The translations under genes were made by a program, and so were the position numbers. From Lepidodermella squamata (taxonomy: Eukaryota; Animalia; Gastrotricha): a stretch of 64,000 bases of DNA. The stretch is taken from the NCBI GenBank assembly GCA_047495785.1, contig JBLDXI010000078.1, positions 27,985 through 91,984 on the forward strand, read 5' to 3'. Within the stretch, counting starts at the first letter, position 1; each line of letters starts with the position of its first letter. Shown in pieces: positions 50,662 through 62,957 of the stretch. The notes below the pieces were generated by a model. It saw nothing but the letters and a program-made list of their open reading frames with translations. It was not told where the DNA came from and searched no databases.

Positions 50662-51977
50662 CATAGAGAACGTAGTGATCAGAGTGCGCTCTCACGATGC
50701 GAAATTGAAACAAAAAATAAATGAAAAACCCCTCCTTAATTCTTTTTTCCGAATTTTTCGATTATCTCGGATAGCATTTTTACAACATGCAAATTTTGAT
50801 TTTTTCCAAGATTTTTACCTGGCATCGGTTTTTTTTATTTCTTTATTTTTATATGAGCCGTGTAGATTGTTTCTTGCTCTATCTTTTCATGTAAATTCCA
50901 CCCTGCCGAAATTTTCGTATCATGAACTATCCTACGTACAAACACAAACACTATACCCACCGGTGGCAACGAAAAACAAGCTATCCTTATCTGAAATTGT
51001 AACCATGTGAAATGTCATGGTTATAGCAAAGATCGAAGCACAAGAAGTAAATTGATATCTGAACGGCGTTCGTAGCTATCACGGTTGTTGAGAAACGCAG
51101 CTTCAAATTGTGCGATCAAAAAATGCAAATTTTCGAAATTCGCTCTCAAAAATCAATGGCCCACATTCGTAATTTGCTTCAACGCACTTACTGATGTTAA
51201 CCTCCCGCACTCAGTTGTATCTCATATGGGGTATTCGAAGGTGAGGAATCTAGCTGAAAGCTCAAAACAGCAGGCTAAGTTATGCCAGCGTCTCCACAGG
51301 AGCCTGAAATTGCAAGAGTTTCCCAAGATTCAGTTGCCACATTAGATACCACCGTTTTTCACCGATAATGGAAGCGAGTTATAGGTCTGAAACCGAAATA
51401 TTTGGAAAGCTCATGTGAACTTTGTTCAGGAAGGTTAAACAACGAACTCAGCACGCTTTGTTTGAAAAACTGAAAAATTGCTGAAGAAACATTCTTTTCA
51501 AAGCTCAATTTTCAATTGCTCAGAAAAAAATCAGAATAAAAATTGCTGAAGTTGAAGACTCATTTTGCACGCATAGCGTGACCAAAAGTATGAGTTTTAT
51601 ATATCTGCGGAAAGATTGTTTCATGAAGAATCTTAAAGTATCAAAACCGGACACAGATAGTTACTAGTAACTGCTAATAGCTAAGTGAGTGAGGGCGACT
51701 TCATAGGGGACGATTCGATATCCACTGGAAAATCGCCAGGATAGGTAATTATCGGCAACAAGCGGCTATTACCACGTGAAAGAGAAGGTTTGAATTATTC
51801 GGAAGGTGTCACTTGACAGAAAATTTTTGACGGCCGATTTCCGCGCAAAAATGTTGAAAAACACCAAATTACTATGTAAAACATGCATGTTTTCAAAAAA
51901 AGATGCGCGCACACAAAAAACGTTTTTGTTTCAAGAAAAAAGCGTGAGTGCGCACTCTGATCACTACGTTCTCTATG
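50662..51977. mobile_element. Non-autonomous hAT-like element (1.3 kb)
   Basis: TIR CATAGAGAACGTAGTGATCAGAGTGCGC / GCGCACTCTGATCACTACGTTCTCTATG; flanks AGTTTATT / AGTTTAAT (7 of 8). Confidence 0.8.
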
Positions 51978-52240
51978 AGTTTAATTTAGCTGTTTTAATG
52001 AAGTGTTGGCTCGAGGCTGACATTCCATGGCCAACGGCGAATCTCCTTGGTCAGTCGCCAGCCACGTTATTTAACTACCTTTGCCGGCTGCCAACTTCAT
52101 TGGCCAGTCTCCAACTATACATGAGTTCTTAGTTCGCTAGGGCGCACTGATCATCGTAGCACTGGAGTAAACATTGCTCACCTTTTACACCCTTGCATTT
52201 TACACCTTTACATTACAATGACGAAAAAGTGATATTATAT

Positions 52241-55200
52241 GCACATTTCCGGGCCCGCCTATGTTTCGTCCGAGCGCGCGCACTGGTTGGCCGGCTGTTT
52301 CGACCAATGAGACCGCGTAATCAGACCGCAGGCGCGCTGTTACGCCCTGCTCGATTGCGCGCGAGTATAATTACACACTTCACGGCCGCGCAGGCGAGGT
52401 GCGCGGCAGTCGCGGTCGCAGTCTCGGCTGAATTTTTGGCGCAAAATTCAAATTCAAATTTTGGCGCCAATTTTGAGGTGAAAGAAAATTCAAAAGTAAA
52501 ATTCGTCATTACTCGTGAATCGTGCTATAAATGACTAAACGCATTGCTGATCTGCCGCCTGACGTCGAGGGTATGTTGCCTGACGATGAACACCGTCTTC
52601 TTCACATCGTCACTAAGTTCGAGCGGAAGAATGAGTCATCGTGGATTCTGCATTTTCGAGCGCCTTTCAAGTCAAACGAATGGGGCAGGTTTTTGGCCGG
52701 TGTACAGCGTCGCAGTCGAGTTGATTTCAAAGCTAAGCCACACGGAACGACGAAACCTAAAGGCATCAAATTCATCGCGAAGGAAGAGCTTGTGTGTAAT
52801 CACGCTGACCACGAGAGCGGTGTACACGACTCGCGCAGAAAATGCGCCGCGCCCGGCGAAAAGGCGAAAAAACGGCAAGTCACCTCAAGCGGAGCTGCTC
52901 CGAAAAGCAAAATAACCGATTGTACCGCATCGATCTCGCTTTCAGAAGTCGCACCACTGATCGACGACGGCACGCCAAAAAGTCGCGACGCAGCTCGAAA
53001 ACGGCTGAAACGCGACCCGCTGATTACTTCGCACCCTACCATCGTCCAAATCGAGTGGCAGCATGACCATAATATTGGAGTCTTGGCTGCGTTAAGGTGG
53101 CGAAATCACGGCGAGGGCGTTGATACGGCAATGTTTCGCCATCTACAAGCCGAAGGTACAGCATCTGCAGCAATGCAAGCTTATAATAATGAGCTGGAGG
53201 AGCTGTATCCGGAAATACCCTGGTTGCAGCTGTCGGCTGATCGCTCGCTCTGCCCAACGCGCAAAGATTGGTACCACTTCGCCGATAAATTACAAGTAAG
53301 CACACACGGCGATCGTAATGGAGAGTTAATGCGGTCGAAATTGAAGGAGTTAGCTGCGCAGCACTCGGAAACGTTTAGTTATCGCGAGACACTGGCGAAA
53401 AACGGCGAGCGGGTCTGGTGCTTGTTAGTTCGAACCCCGATGATGCGCCGTGTTTACGACACCGTTTCTGAAGCTCGGGACATCCTTTTTACCGATTCAA
53501 CCGCCAGCTGCGATCTTGTAAACAGCTCTCTGACTTTGATAGTCAGCGCGTCATCAGCAGGCGCCTTGCCAGTAGCCGCCGCAATTCATTCATCGCAGAC
53601 CGTCGATTGTTACAAGTAAGTTGAATGAATTTTATTTTATTTTTTATATTATATTTTTAGACATTTTTTTTTAAATTTTATCCGAATTTTTTAATTTTAA
53701 ATTATATCAAATTAAATTTTAAATTAATCTGCTAACAAACTGAATTTTACGGCGGAACTATTGTGCATTTTGACGTAGGGGGGGGGGGGGGGGGGGGGAA
53801 ATTTGCCGATGTGAAAATTTCTCAAGCATTTTTTTAACTTACTAGGGCAATAATAAAATGATTTTTGTTATTTAATTCAATTTATTGTTTTTTTTAAACA
53901 GACTGGCGTTTGGCATGTTCAAACAAACGTTGAACGGTGTTGAGCCAAAGCTGTTCTTAACAGACGACAGCGATGCAGAGCGGGAGGCTTTACGCCTTGT
54001 CTTTGTCAATTCCACTGTGTTGCTATGCGCATTTCATATTCTCCAAGCCCTGTGGCGGTGGCTGACGAATAAAAAGCACAACATCGCTGCCGAAGACGCG
54101 CCGCTTTTGCTTCAACGTAAGTTCGGGAAATATTTAACGCGATTGAATTTTAATTAGTTTTTTTTCGCAGTGTTCCAAAATGTTGTTTTTGCACAAACCG
54201 AAAAAGAGTACGAAGCTGCACGTGGCGCTTTGCTCTATTCGCCGCTTACTCGAAAATACATCAATTGGCGACTACACATCCTTGCCCACCTACAGCGTTC
54301 TCGCCTTTTCGTGGCTGCGTTTCGCAATTCCTACTCGCATGGTCACATGACCAACAACATCGTCGAAAGGTGAGCCCTTTATTTCTATTTAATATGCAAC
54401 AATTTTCAATTATTTTTGCTTCATTTCAGATGCGTTGGCATTTTAAAAGACGTGGTGTTTTGCCGTGTTCGCGCCTTTAACCCTGTCGCGCTTGCGCAAT
54501 TTTTGAGCGAAAAATTTGATAATTTTTTTGCGAAAAAACTTCTTGACTTTGCGAACGGTCGCAATGATTTGAAAACGGAATGGCTGCGCTACAAAGACGC
54601 GGCAATCGTCGAAATCGCCCAGAAAAACAGCGAAATCCAAGCATTCGATGTCACGACTGCGAAGGGTGATAATTATGTTGTAAATTTGGCGGCGTGGCTG
54701 TGCAGTTGTCCTTATGGTCGAAATGGCCGGTTTTGTAAACATTTGGTAAGTAAAAATTTGGTTATTTTTATTTATAAATTTTAATTTTATTTTGAAAATT
54801 TTCGGAATTTTTTTATATTTTTATCAAATTTTTCTACGCTCGAATTTGTGTAAATTTATGAGATTAATTTTAATTTTTTAATTTTTTTAATATTCGCTCA
54901 GGTTCATGTCGCTGCTGCTAACAATGTTGCGCTGCCTACAAGCCGCATGGTCGTTGGAACTCCCGACGTTAAGAAACTCTTGGCGTATATTGCTGTCGGA
55001 ATTTATTACGACGATGAACTTTTTCTCGGCCTGACTGAGGTCAACACCAGCGCGAACGAGAACGCTGCATCGTGTTCAGCTTTTGTTAACGTACCACCGT
55101 CCAGTGGCCTCGAAATCGCCGATAATAGCGAAACCAATGCTATTACTATTGAGCAAGAAACCGACGAGAATGCGGGAGAAGAAAACGACGACGGAACGAA

Positions 55201-55946
55201 ATTCGCCGAAGAGTCACTCGTTAATTTCAGGTCCATGTGCGCTAAAGTGGAACGTCTCATCGCTGAAAACAAGTCGAATGGCGGGCTTTTGAAGCAAATG
55301 AATAAATTCAGCCATCGGCTATCAACCCTCGCAGATACCGGTGTCATGGCGATTGAGTCTTGGCTCGCCAGGGCCTTGATGAAATCAGGCGGACATAATC
55401 GCGGGGCGCTTATTCATGTGCAGAGTACCGCGGTCGGCCGGCGGATGTTTAACGTCGGTGGCTCCAGGCCACATCGCGCCGGAAGGAAACCAAATGGGTA
55501 TCGAGCGCCGAAAAACTACGCCATTCGCCCAAGAAATTTTCGTGAGAGAAACGGCATTCCGCCCGCTCAGTGACTTGAGATTTTCTCGTTGTGAGCAATA
55601 ATTTAAAATAATTTGAATTCTGATTCAGTCGTTTCATAATTTTTAAATCGATGTATTTAATCGTTACTTGTTTATAGCGCTTTCCATGACATTTGTTGTA
55701 AGCACTCAGCTCTGAAAGTATTTGAAATTTAGCTCTGATGATTGTTGAAATGAAATAATTGGAATAAAGTGCTGTTCTGTCTCGTTTATTTGAGTGTCGT
55801 GCGCGCGCGGCGTTATGCAATGCAAAATGCGAGTGTGCGAGCGAGCGGCGGGCGGCGGCGGCGTAATAACGCGGTCTCATTGGTCGAAACAGCCGGCCAA
55901 CCAGTGCGCGCGCTCGGACGAAACATAGGCGGGCCCGGAAATGTGC
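52241..55946. mobile_element. Intact autonomous Mutator-like element (MULE), 3706 bp
   Basis: 78-bp TIRs (52241-52318, 55869-55946) starting GCACATTTCC; perfect 9-bp TSD ATATTATAT. Confidence 0.95.
52531..55573 (+). CDS. MULE DDE transposase with SWIM finger, about 828 aa; exons 52531-53615, 53902-54116, 54171-54369, 54430-54745, 54902-55573
   Basis: ILFTDST, FLTDDSDAE, CAFH, TNNIVE, WLCSCPYG..FCKH; all four introns are GT-AG and phase-compatible. Confidence 0.92.
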
Positions 55947-56334
55947 ATATTATATCCATATGCATATATATCATCGTAGTTTGATACTTTAAAATCTACA
56001 AGTAGAGTTAGAATTTACAACAGCTTCTGAGTCGGCTTTTAGCGGCTGATCAGGGAAGCTGTAAGGAATTATTGGGGAAGTAACCTGATACGTTCATTTG
56101 CCACATGTATATGCGGTCATCTAAGAAGATCTGGCTATCTAGCATGCGATTACACCGTACCTGCCTCACGCCGCCGCCAATGAAGAATTCGCAGCGCCAA
56201 TCGTTACTCATTAGATTACCTCTTCCAGTTCGGTGGATGGAGGAACTTGATTCAGGTTGAATGCGGCCCGGGTTGGTTTACTTTCGAACAGGAAGCTAGC
56301 ACAGCTATCTTATATTTTAGTCAGCCTACAATCA

Positions 56335-58722
56335 TTAATCATAGACTTCAAGAGCGAATTTCGTTCCGATTCGGTTGAAGTGCTGAAAATGACAAGAAAC
56401 ACCTCTGTCAACATTCTGAAACCGAATCTCTTTGCCGTAGCCGTGCTCAAGTGGCACGAAAGGTGTAATCTGCCCGGTGCCCGGTGCGAAGTACAGGGGT
56501 GCTGGGGTGTCGCGACACCCCAGCTCGGTCCGGCGGGAGAAAATTTCGAAAATTAGTTGGAGTTTTAAGTTGTAAAAAGTAGTTTGCTTCACATGGATGC
56601 TGCGTTTTTACGCAATTTCCGGCTATTCCTGACACTTAATCTTCAAAAATCTCGCAGCAAAAGCTCGCTGCGCTCGCATTCGGGTTTAAGGTTGTATTGG
56701 GGATTTTGCAACGGTGGCTAAATCAAGGTTCGACTATCGACCCTGATAGTAATTGGTAATTTTTATAGAAACCATATGTTTTAGACCAGTGTTCCGCATT
56801 ATCTCATTTATCTCCGTTTATCTTGCCTTGCCGTTTTTATGAGATTTCAGACCCTCCTACAGGGTAAATTTTTAAGAAATTTCTCGCTCCGCTCGAATGT
56901 ATGGCCGAAATTACTGGCAATTTTGAGATATGCAGCACTTTATTCTCAATCCTGTCAGTTCCAGCACTGCTTATTAGCGTCTTGAGTTGATTGTTGATTA
57001 TTGAGTTTTATTAATTTTGTTGATTTCGAGCTTGTAAGATAGTAGATAATTCCGTGGGTTGCCAGCCGCCAAAATGGTTAAATGGGTTTCATGGGTTAAA
57101 ATTACAGCTAATTTTCCCCCATGTCGAGTGAATAATATCGATTTCGCGAGCGAGCGTAGCGAGCGAGCGCAATTTTTGTGGATCTTAACATAGGAACACA
57201 CCAGCTCGAAAATCCTACTTCGCACACTGGGCACGATTTCACCCAAACCACACACGCCAAACGTACAGTTTATACAAATGTGTCTCACAGTGGGCTGCAG
57301 GCTGTAGAATGACGCCATTTCGCCAAAACCACTCCGCGCAATCACGAGTTCATCCATGCGTGTAAGAGCGTGGAAGTCGAGAAATGTCCGCGCGTAGAAC
57401 AGCCAGTGCTCTCCTTCATCTTTCGGTGCACTTAATTCAGAGTGATGGGCCTCGAGTTCAGGGCATCGATCGCTCGTTGATACGATGTCGATTTCGATCG
57501 ATCGATCATTGACTTTTTGTAAAATCGATTTTTCTATAACTTGACGAGTTTCCTTCAACATCTTGTCTGTTGTTAGAAAAATGATAAATTTCGATCTATT
57601 AGCAGCTAAAATTTGGTTAGCAACCATATCGCCGTAACATGAGACTTCTTCAGGCTGCATGTATAATTCTTCACCGTCACCCAATCGAACTTGAACCCCG
57701 ATTTTGTAAGATTCGTTCCACCTGGCTGCATCCATCATTTAGACAATGGTGGAATAGTTCCGCCAATTCATCACGCGGGCGAGGTAGCAAAATCCTAAAC
57801 GCTGTTGTGACTAAGAAGGATCCATCGATTCTCAAAGCTGAAGTTCGATCGATAATAGGCTTCAAAATTTGCCGAAAAAACGAGTTTACGTCCGGATTCT
57901 TCATCAATGCAAAAATTGGAACCATTGAATTTGTGTTGAACGATGCAAGATCGATTTTCTCAATGTATTGCATAAAGCCGGTGTCATTGATCATCTTGTA
58001 AATTTCAGCCTCTCCTCGGCTGTTCAGCAATCTGAAAATTTGCGTTGAATTTTCGACATTTTTCACGATTTCTTCCAATTTTCTGTTGTCGTATAAATCG
58101 ACTGGGAAATATTCAGTTAGCAGATAAGGAGTTGACCAATTTAAAATAAATGACCGACGGAGGGCTATCGATAGATAAAAGGTCCCTATAAGGCCTCGCA
58201 GGCGATCGGCAAATCCTCCACAAACATATCCATCAATGCATCGGAATTCAATAATCTGTGAAAATTCGAAAATCGGCGGTAAAATTCAAAACTAAAATAT
58301 TGACTGTAACATAAATTCTAATCTTACCTTTGGCTGCGAAAATTGAGGCGAATCACTCAATGATTGCCGGATTTCCGTTATAAATTCTCGCTGTATAATT
58401 TCATCTAGAATATCAGCCTGCTTGTTTCTTAGTTCAAGGTCATTCCGGTAGTCTGAAATAGATGATGAATCATCAAAACCATCAGACGCTTTGCTGAACA
58501 GTTTTTCGGCCGAAAAATCGTCAGCATCCTTGAACCTCGAAAATGTGTGGAAAACGACTTTACTCGAACAATTCCATTTGTAGACTGCAACAACAACGGT
58601 GGTGGCAGAGATGAGCGATAATTCAGGTTTCGTATTCGCATACACCGAACCTTGGAAGATCGAGTAAATCCTTAGGTAGAAAACAGTAAGAAAATGAACA
58701 AGATGAATACGCTGAGAATCAT
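56335..58722 (-). pseudogene. Second fucosyltransferase-superfamily gene, disrupted (frameshifts near 58680 and 57740; insertion 56461-57229)
   Basis: CGGFADRLRG, IGVQVRLGD, IIFLTTD, DFHALTRMD..SGFGEMAS; C-terminus HGYGKEIRFQ..CHFQHFNRIG at 56335-56460 matches paralog SYGYGRRVSFQ..CSFHYYNKIG; the frameshifts lie in short homopolymers and could be assembly errors. Confidence 0.75.
56461..57229. mobile_element. Roughly 770-bp member of the hAT MITE family inserted in the last FucT exon
   Basis: Ends match the 15076 family; flanks GGCACGAA / GGCACGAT; removing it restores EIVPLEHGYG in frame. Confidence 0.7.
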
Positions 58723-58933
58723 GAAAAAATAAACACGTTTTTTTTTATAAAAATAATGAAATTGCAAAGGAAAAAAGGTGTATCAAAGAACAACAGCTGA
58801 GAAACTTAATGATCATAACGACTTATTACAAACTATGACATCAACCGAGCCATGGGTCAAATCAACAATTTCGCGAACGATGGCGAAATAGTTAATACAA
58901 GAATAATTTGCAAGATTGTTGTGCGCCGTGCAA

Positions 58934-59330
58934 ATGACATTGCTTCAATTCAATATTCTGCTTCCTTTGGTAATTTCAGCGAGCTGTCGCATAAGTTGGA
59001 AGCACATCGAAGATGATCCGCTGCCAATCGGTCTTCGAACCGACGATTTCGGATTTCGTACCCGAGATGGGCAGTTAAGACGAAAGATTCTTATATGAAC
59101 CAACATTCAGTGTCTGCAAGCTTCGTTGCAACTTCACCTACTTCATTGTATACGATGCGGCCCGCCAGAAATGCGCCTTTGAATACGGCTCATGCCGCGA
59201 AACATACGTATGCGGCCTGTCTTTCCTCTCGTTTGCGTTGTGTCGCAAAACTTGCGTTCGGGAAAGCAACTCATCGTGGAACATATCCATGCTTACCTTT
59301 GGAAATAATAACATTGAAAATGGTGTTTAA
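58934..59330 (+). CDS. Small secreted atypical Kunitz-like protein; exons 58934 to about 59073 and 59111-59330
   Basis: Hydrophobic leader MTLLQFNILLPLVISA; exon 2 VCKLRCNFTYFIVYDAARQKCAFEYGSCRETYVCGLSFLSFALCRKTC has the Kunitz Y..C.F.YG.C..F.S...C...C pattern; the required intron is short (37-40 nt). Confidence 0.6.
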
Positions 59331-59878
59331 ATTCAACTCGGATCAGTTGATATCTGAAACGTTGTCATATTCTCTGGAATTAATTGTTAGTAAAACATTC
59401 GCCCGCACAACATTGATATACAGAATTAGAAAACTCGCCAGGGTTGGGGTTTATACAGACATTTCAAAATTCGGTTTATATGCACATAATGCAAAAATGG
59501 GTATTTTACTCAAAGCTCTCCTTAACCGTATCCCTAGTTGCATTTTAAGTTGCACCACGTGATTCTGCGTGAAAAACCGCATAGTTTGATGTGCGACGGA
59601 GAGAAAAATAGGTAGGTCAGTGTATTTTTGTGCACGTCTAACTCCGCCGGGCTCGGGCATTGGCATGGTACCCGAGCGAAAAGAGCGATGGTCTTACGCA
59701 TGGTTGTTGAGGTCCACGCCAAATTTAGGGGTTCCACACTAGGACAGTCCAATTACGGCGAGAACCCAACGTTTTCGCCGTGCTCGGGCCGACACCTCGA
59801 CTGGCACGTGTGCAGTTTTTTTTAAATCCTCAATCATTGTGCACGACATCGCGAGCTTTGCAATCGTAATAATTTATA

Positions 59879-60161
59879 CCATTTTAATGTGTATAAAATG
59901 CCATCCCTGTGAATTGCCATGTTGATGACCACAAGGTGAAATCCACATCGAGGCATCCGAATCTGATATCGTAAAATTCATGGCGATTATGCACATTTCA
60001 GAAAAACCGATTTTCGATAATCGATATCGATTGATTATTGATTTTTGGCCAATTACTTTTCCCCGACCGGGAAAATAAATCCAGATTTGGATTCGATGTG
60101 GATTTCACCTTGTGGTCAACATGGCAACTCACAGGGATGGCATTTTATTCACATTAAATGG
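59879..60161. repeat. Nested hairpin/MITE with arms of about 70 bp
   Basis: CCATTTTAATGTGTATAAAATGCCATCCCTGTGA..CCACATCGA mirrored at about 60092-60161. Confidence 0.8.
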
Positions 60162-60364
60162 CGATTTATTTTATATATTGTCGACATTTCACGATTGTCG
60201 ACTTTAAATGTGACATATCCACCTTATTCGGGGTCTGCGTCTTGGTGCTATCCATCCGAATGGAGGAGTCCAGGTGTAAATCTTATTTAGAAGGCTGTCT
60301 TCTTCGTATTCTCTAGATCCAATGACTTGCCCTAAATATCTAAGGCGCTGTTTTTCGCTGGCAG

Positions 60365-60965
60365 ATGAGGCTTGAACTGGACCGCAATAAAGATATAGTT
60401 GAAGAAGCATGGCGCACGGCTCAGGAACGGCTAGAACAACCAACTTTTTCTAATAAATTGGAGCAGGTGATGGACCAGAAATTAATTGATGTAGATTGGA
60501 CAGCTTCAGCTGAGGATGTGTGGCCAAAACTAAAGACGCTGGAGGCGGAAAGTACAAAATTCTGCGGGAAAAAACGAGTTAGGAAAAATGGTAAGCGAAC
60601 TAGGTGGTGGGGCAATAAAACTAGGAAAAAAGCAGCGGCGAAAAAGCGGAAATTTAAACTGTTCGCGAAGGGAAGGAAACGGTTAGATGCACTCGGCGTT
60701 GCTACAAGCGCAGATGTGGAGAAAATGTGGGACGTTTACGTTTAAGAGCGAAAAGAAGGTTATAAGTTATAGAACAGGCTAAGGACGATGTCAAAAATCT
60801 CAGAGATAAGCCTCAGGAAGCACAGTCGTTCTCCTGGCATCTAAAAGCTTCTCTAACTAAGGGTCGGGCAAGCATGCCTATAAAATTGTAATAGAAGACG
60901 AAATGGGAGTATTTTATCCCGCAAAATTTAAGTAGCCGACAGATGGAGACGTTATTTTATGGGAG
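60365..60965 (+). pseudogene. Decayed non-LTR retrotransposon ORF2 fragment (endonuclease-RT linker)
   Basis: W..LK..CG.K....KRTRWW.......A..K...FK and downstream DRWRRYF motifs; stops and frameshifts. Confidence 0.6.
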
Positions 60966-61699
60966 TTGTAGATGGGGTGGAAATCTTAGGTGAGAAAATC
61001 AATAAATTGAACGAAAATTCAGAATTTCTAGTAATTTGAAACGCGCGTCATTAAACCAATAACACGCAACGAGATTCAGCTCGCAATTTCAAGGAAAGAC
61101 GACTTGTTCAGGGTGATGTATGCGCTGGGCGCCCCTCAAGAGGTATGCCAATTACGGTATTTTCTTGACACAGTCAGAGCTTATTACGATGGCAAAGCTC
61201 GCGATGTCGTGCACAATGATTGAGGATTTAAAAAAAACTGCACCACGTGCCAGTCGAGGTGTCGGCCCGAGCACGGCGAAAACGTTGGGTTCTCGCCGTA
61301 ATTGGACTGTCCTAGTGTGGAACCCCTAAATTTGGCGTGGACCTCAACAACCATGCGTAAGACCATCGCTCTTTTCGCTCGGGTACCATGCCAATGCCCG
61401 AGCCCGGCGGAGTTAGACGTGCACAAAAATACACTGACCTACCTATTTTTCTCTCTGCCGCACTCGTTGCAACGCCAGGATATAGTGAGGGGTGAGAGCT
61501 ACTTCAGACTGAGCTTTGGATGACATCAAATGAAAAGCATCGACTAAAGCATCTCTAAAGCAGCCAAAGTAATTAAAAAAGACTCCAGGACATCGCACTG
61601 CATGGGCGAAACGAATGGATATCATGAGACATTTTATTCCTGTTTCATCACGCTTATATCACATTTTCTCACAATCTGGCTGTTCTTTCACTCGTAATG

Positions 61700-62715
61700 C
61701 GTACGGCTCGTTAAGGGGGTTTACAGAATGTCTCCAAGAAATTGTCGCTGACAAAGTGTCTTCGCTTGAGCCCAACAGCTGGCTGTAGTCAGATTCCCGC
61801 TAGTCGTGAGTTGGACGCCTGAAAAACTCGAATAGACAAATTCAATTGCTGTAATTCCAGCTCTTACCATTGGCCCCCACTTGACTCGCCGGCATTCCAG
61901 CGCCCAGTTGGATATCGCCTTCTGCATTTATCCACGCGTAGGAACTAGCGTCACTCGATAAACGGCGACCAGCTATCCACACGGGCCGTTGTACCCACCG
62001 TTTTCATCAATTGCCTGCAACGCTGCGTCGTACAAAGCTTTATCCTTCAGAATTGCCAATTTCTTGTGATCGTTAGCCTCGCAGTAGGTTAAAGCTACGT
62101 CCCAGGTCATGGTGGAGCTTATAACGGCGTAGTATCCCTATTTCGCGATAAAACCTCAAATATTCTCGAAGCAATTTTAAAAAATTACGTCCGTCGTTTC
62201 GCAAAGAATGCCGAGATTTGAGTTGCATGGATTGGCGTTGAAGCCTTCGCGAGCTTCGAAGTAATTCAATGTCAGACCTATGAGTAAAGCCTTGAATTAA
62301 TCGATGCTTGACAGGCTATCAACTCACATTCTCCATCACCTGGCTGGTCGGGCTCGAAACCAGCTGGAATGCCCCTCCATTCCACTGGTGAATCGTTAAT
62401 CCACGTGAACGGGGACGCGAAACCGATGAATGTAGGCTCGGAGATCAGTGCCTTCGCTGCGTCGAAATCAGCTTGGGTCGGAGGACAGCGGGTCGGAACC
62501 ATTTGCTGAAGCAATAATTGATCCCACCAAAGAAAGTTCCCGAATCCGGTGACAGGTTGTACTTGCTATTGGGAAGGCACTGAGAAGCTTTTTCGTGGTT
62601 AATCATCTAATTACCAATTTCGCAGTTGTCGCCCATCCAGCCTCCGGCGCAGCTGCATCGACCCGCGTCGAAGCACTTGCCCGGCTCGGGGTTAATGCAC
62701 TTCGCGTCGCACGGT
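61700..62715 (-). pseudogene. EGF plus two C-type lectin domains, with frameshifts
   Basis: CINPEPGKCFDAGRCSCAGGWMGDNCE; FIG..FTWINDSP..W..FEPD; MTWDVALTYCE..LAIL; frames are broken. Confidence 0.65.
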
Positions 62716-62957
62716 GCTGATAGAGATTTCGAATTCAAATATTAGTTGGATGACTAGCTCTTCAACTTACCAACCGATCGCTCGCAAATCATTTTCGCCT
62801 TCGAAGTCACTACATCGGTTTTCAGCTCGCCATCGGACGTCAGTTTCACCCCTTGACCGAATAATCAATTTTCAGACTCTTTACATTCGAATACTCGCGA
62901 TTAATTTTGGTCTAAAAACGTACCGGCGTTTTGTTTCAAGCCGATGGTTCACCAGAT

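Larger units (their letters stand above)
59599..61455. mobile_element. Element bounded by inverted repeats of about 274 bp (59599-59872, 61181-61455)
   Basis: Near-perfect reverse-complement arms; no TSD seen. Confidence 0.7.
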
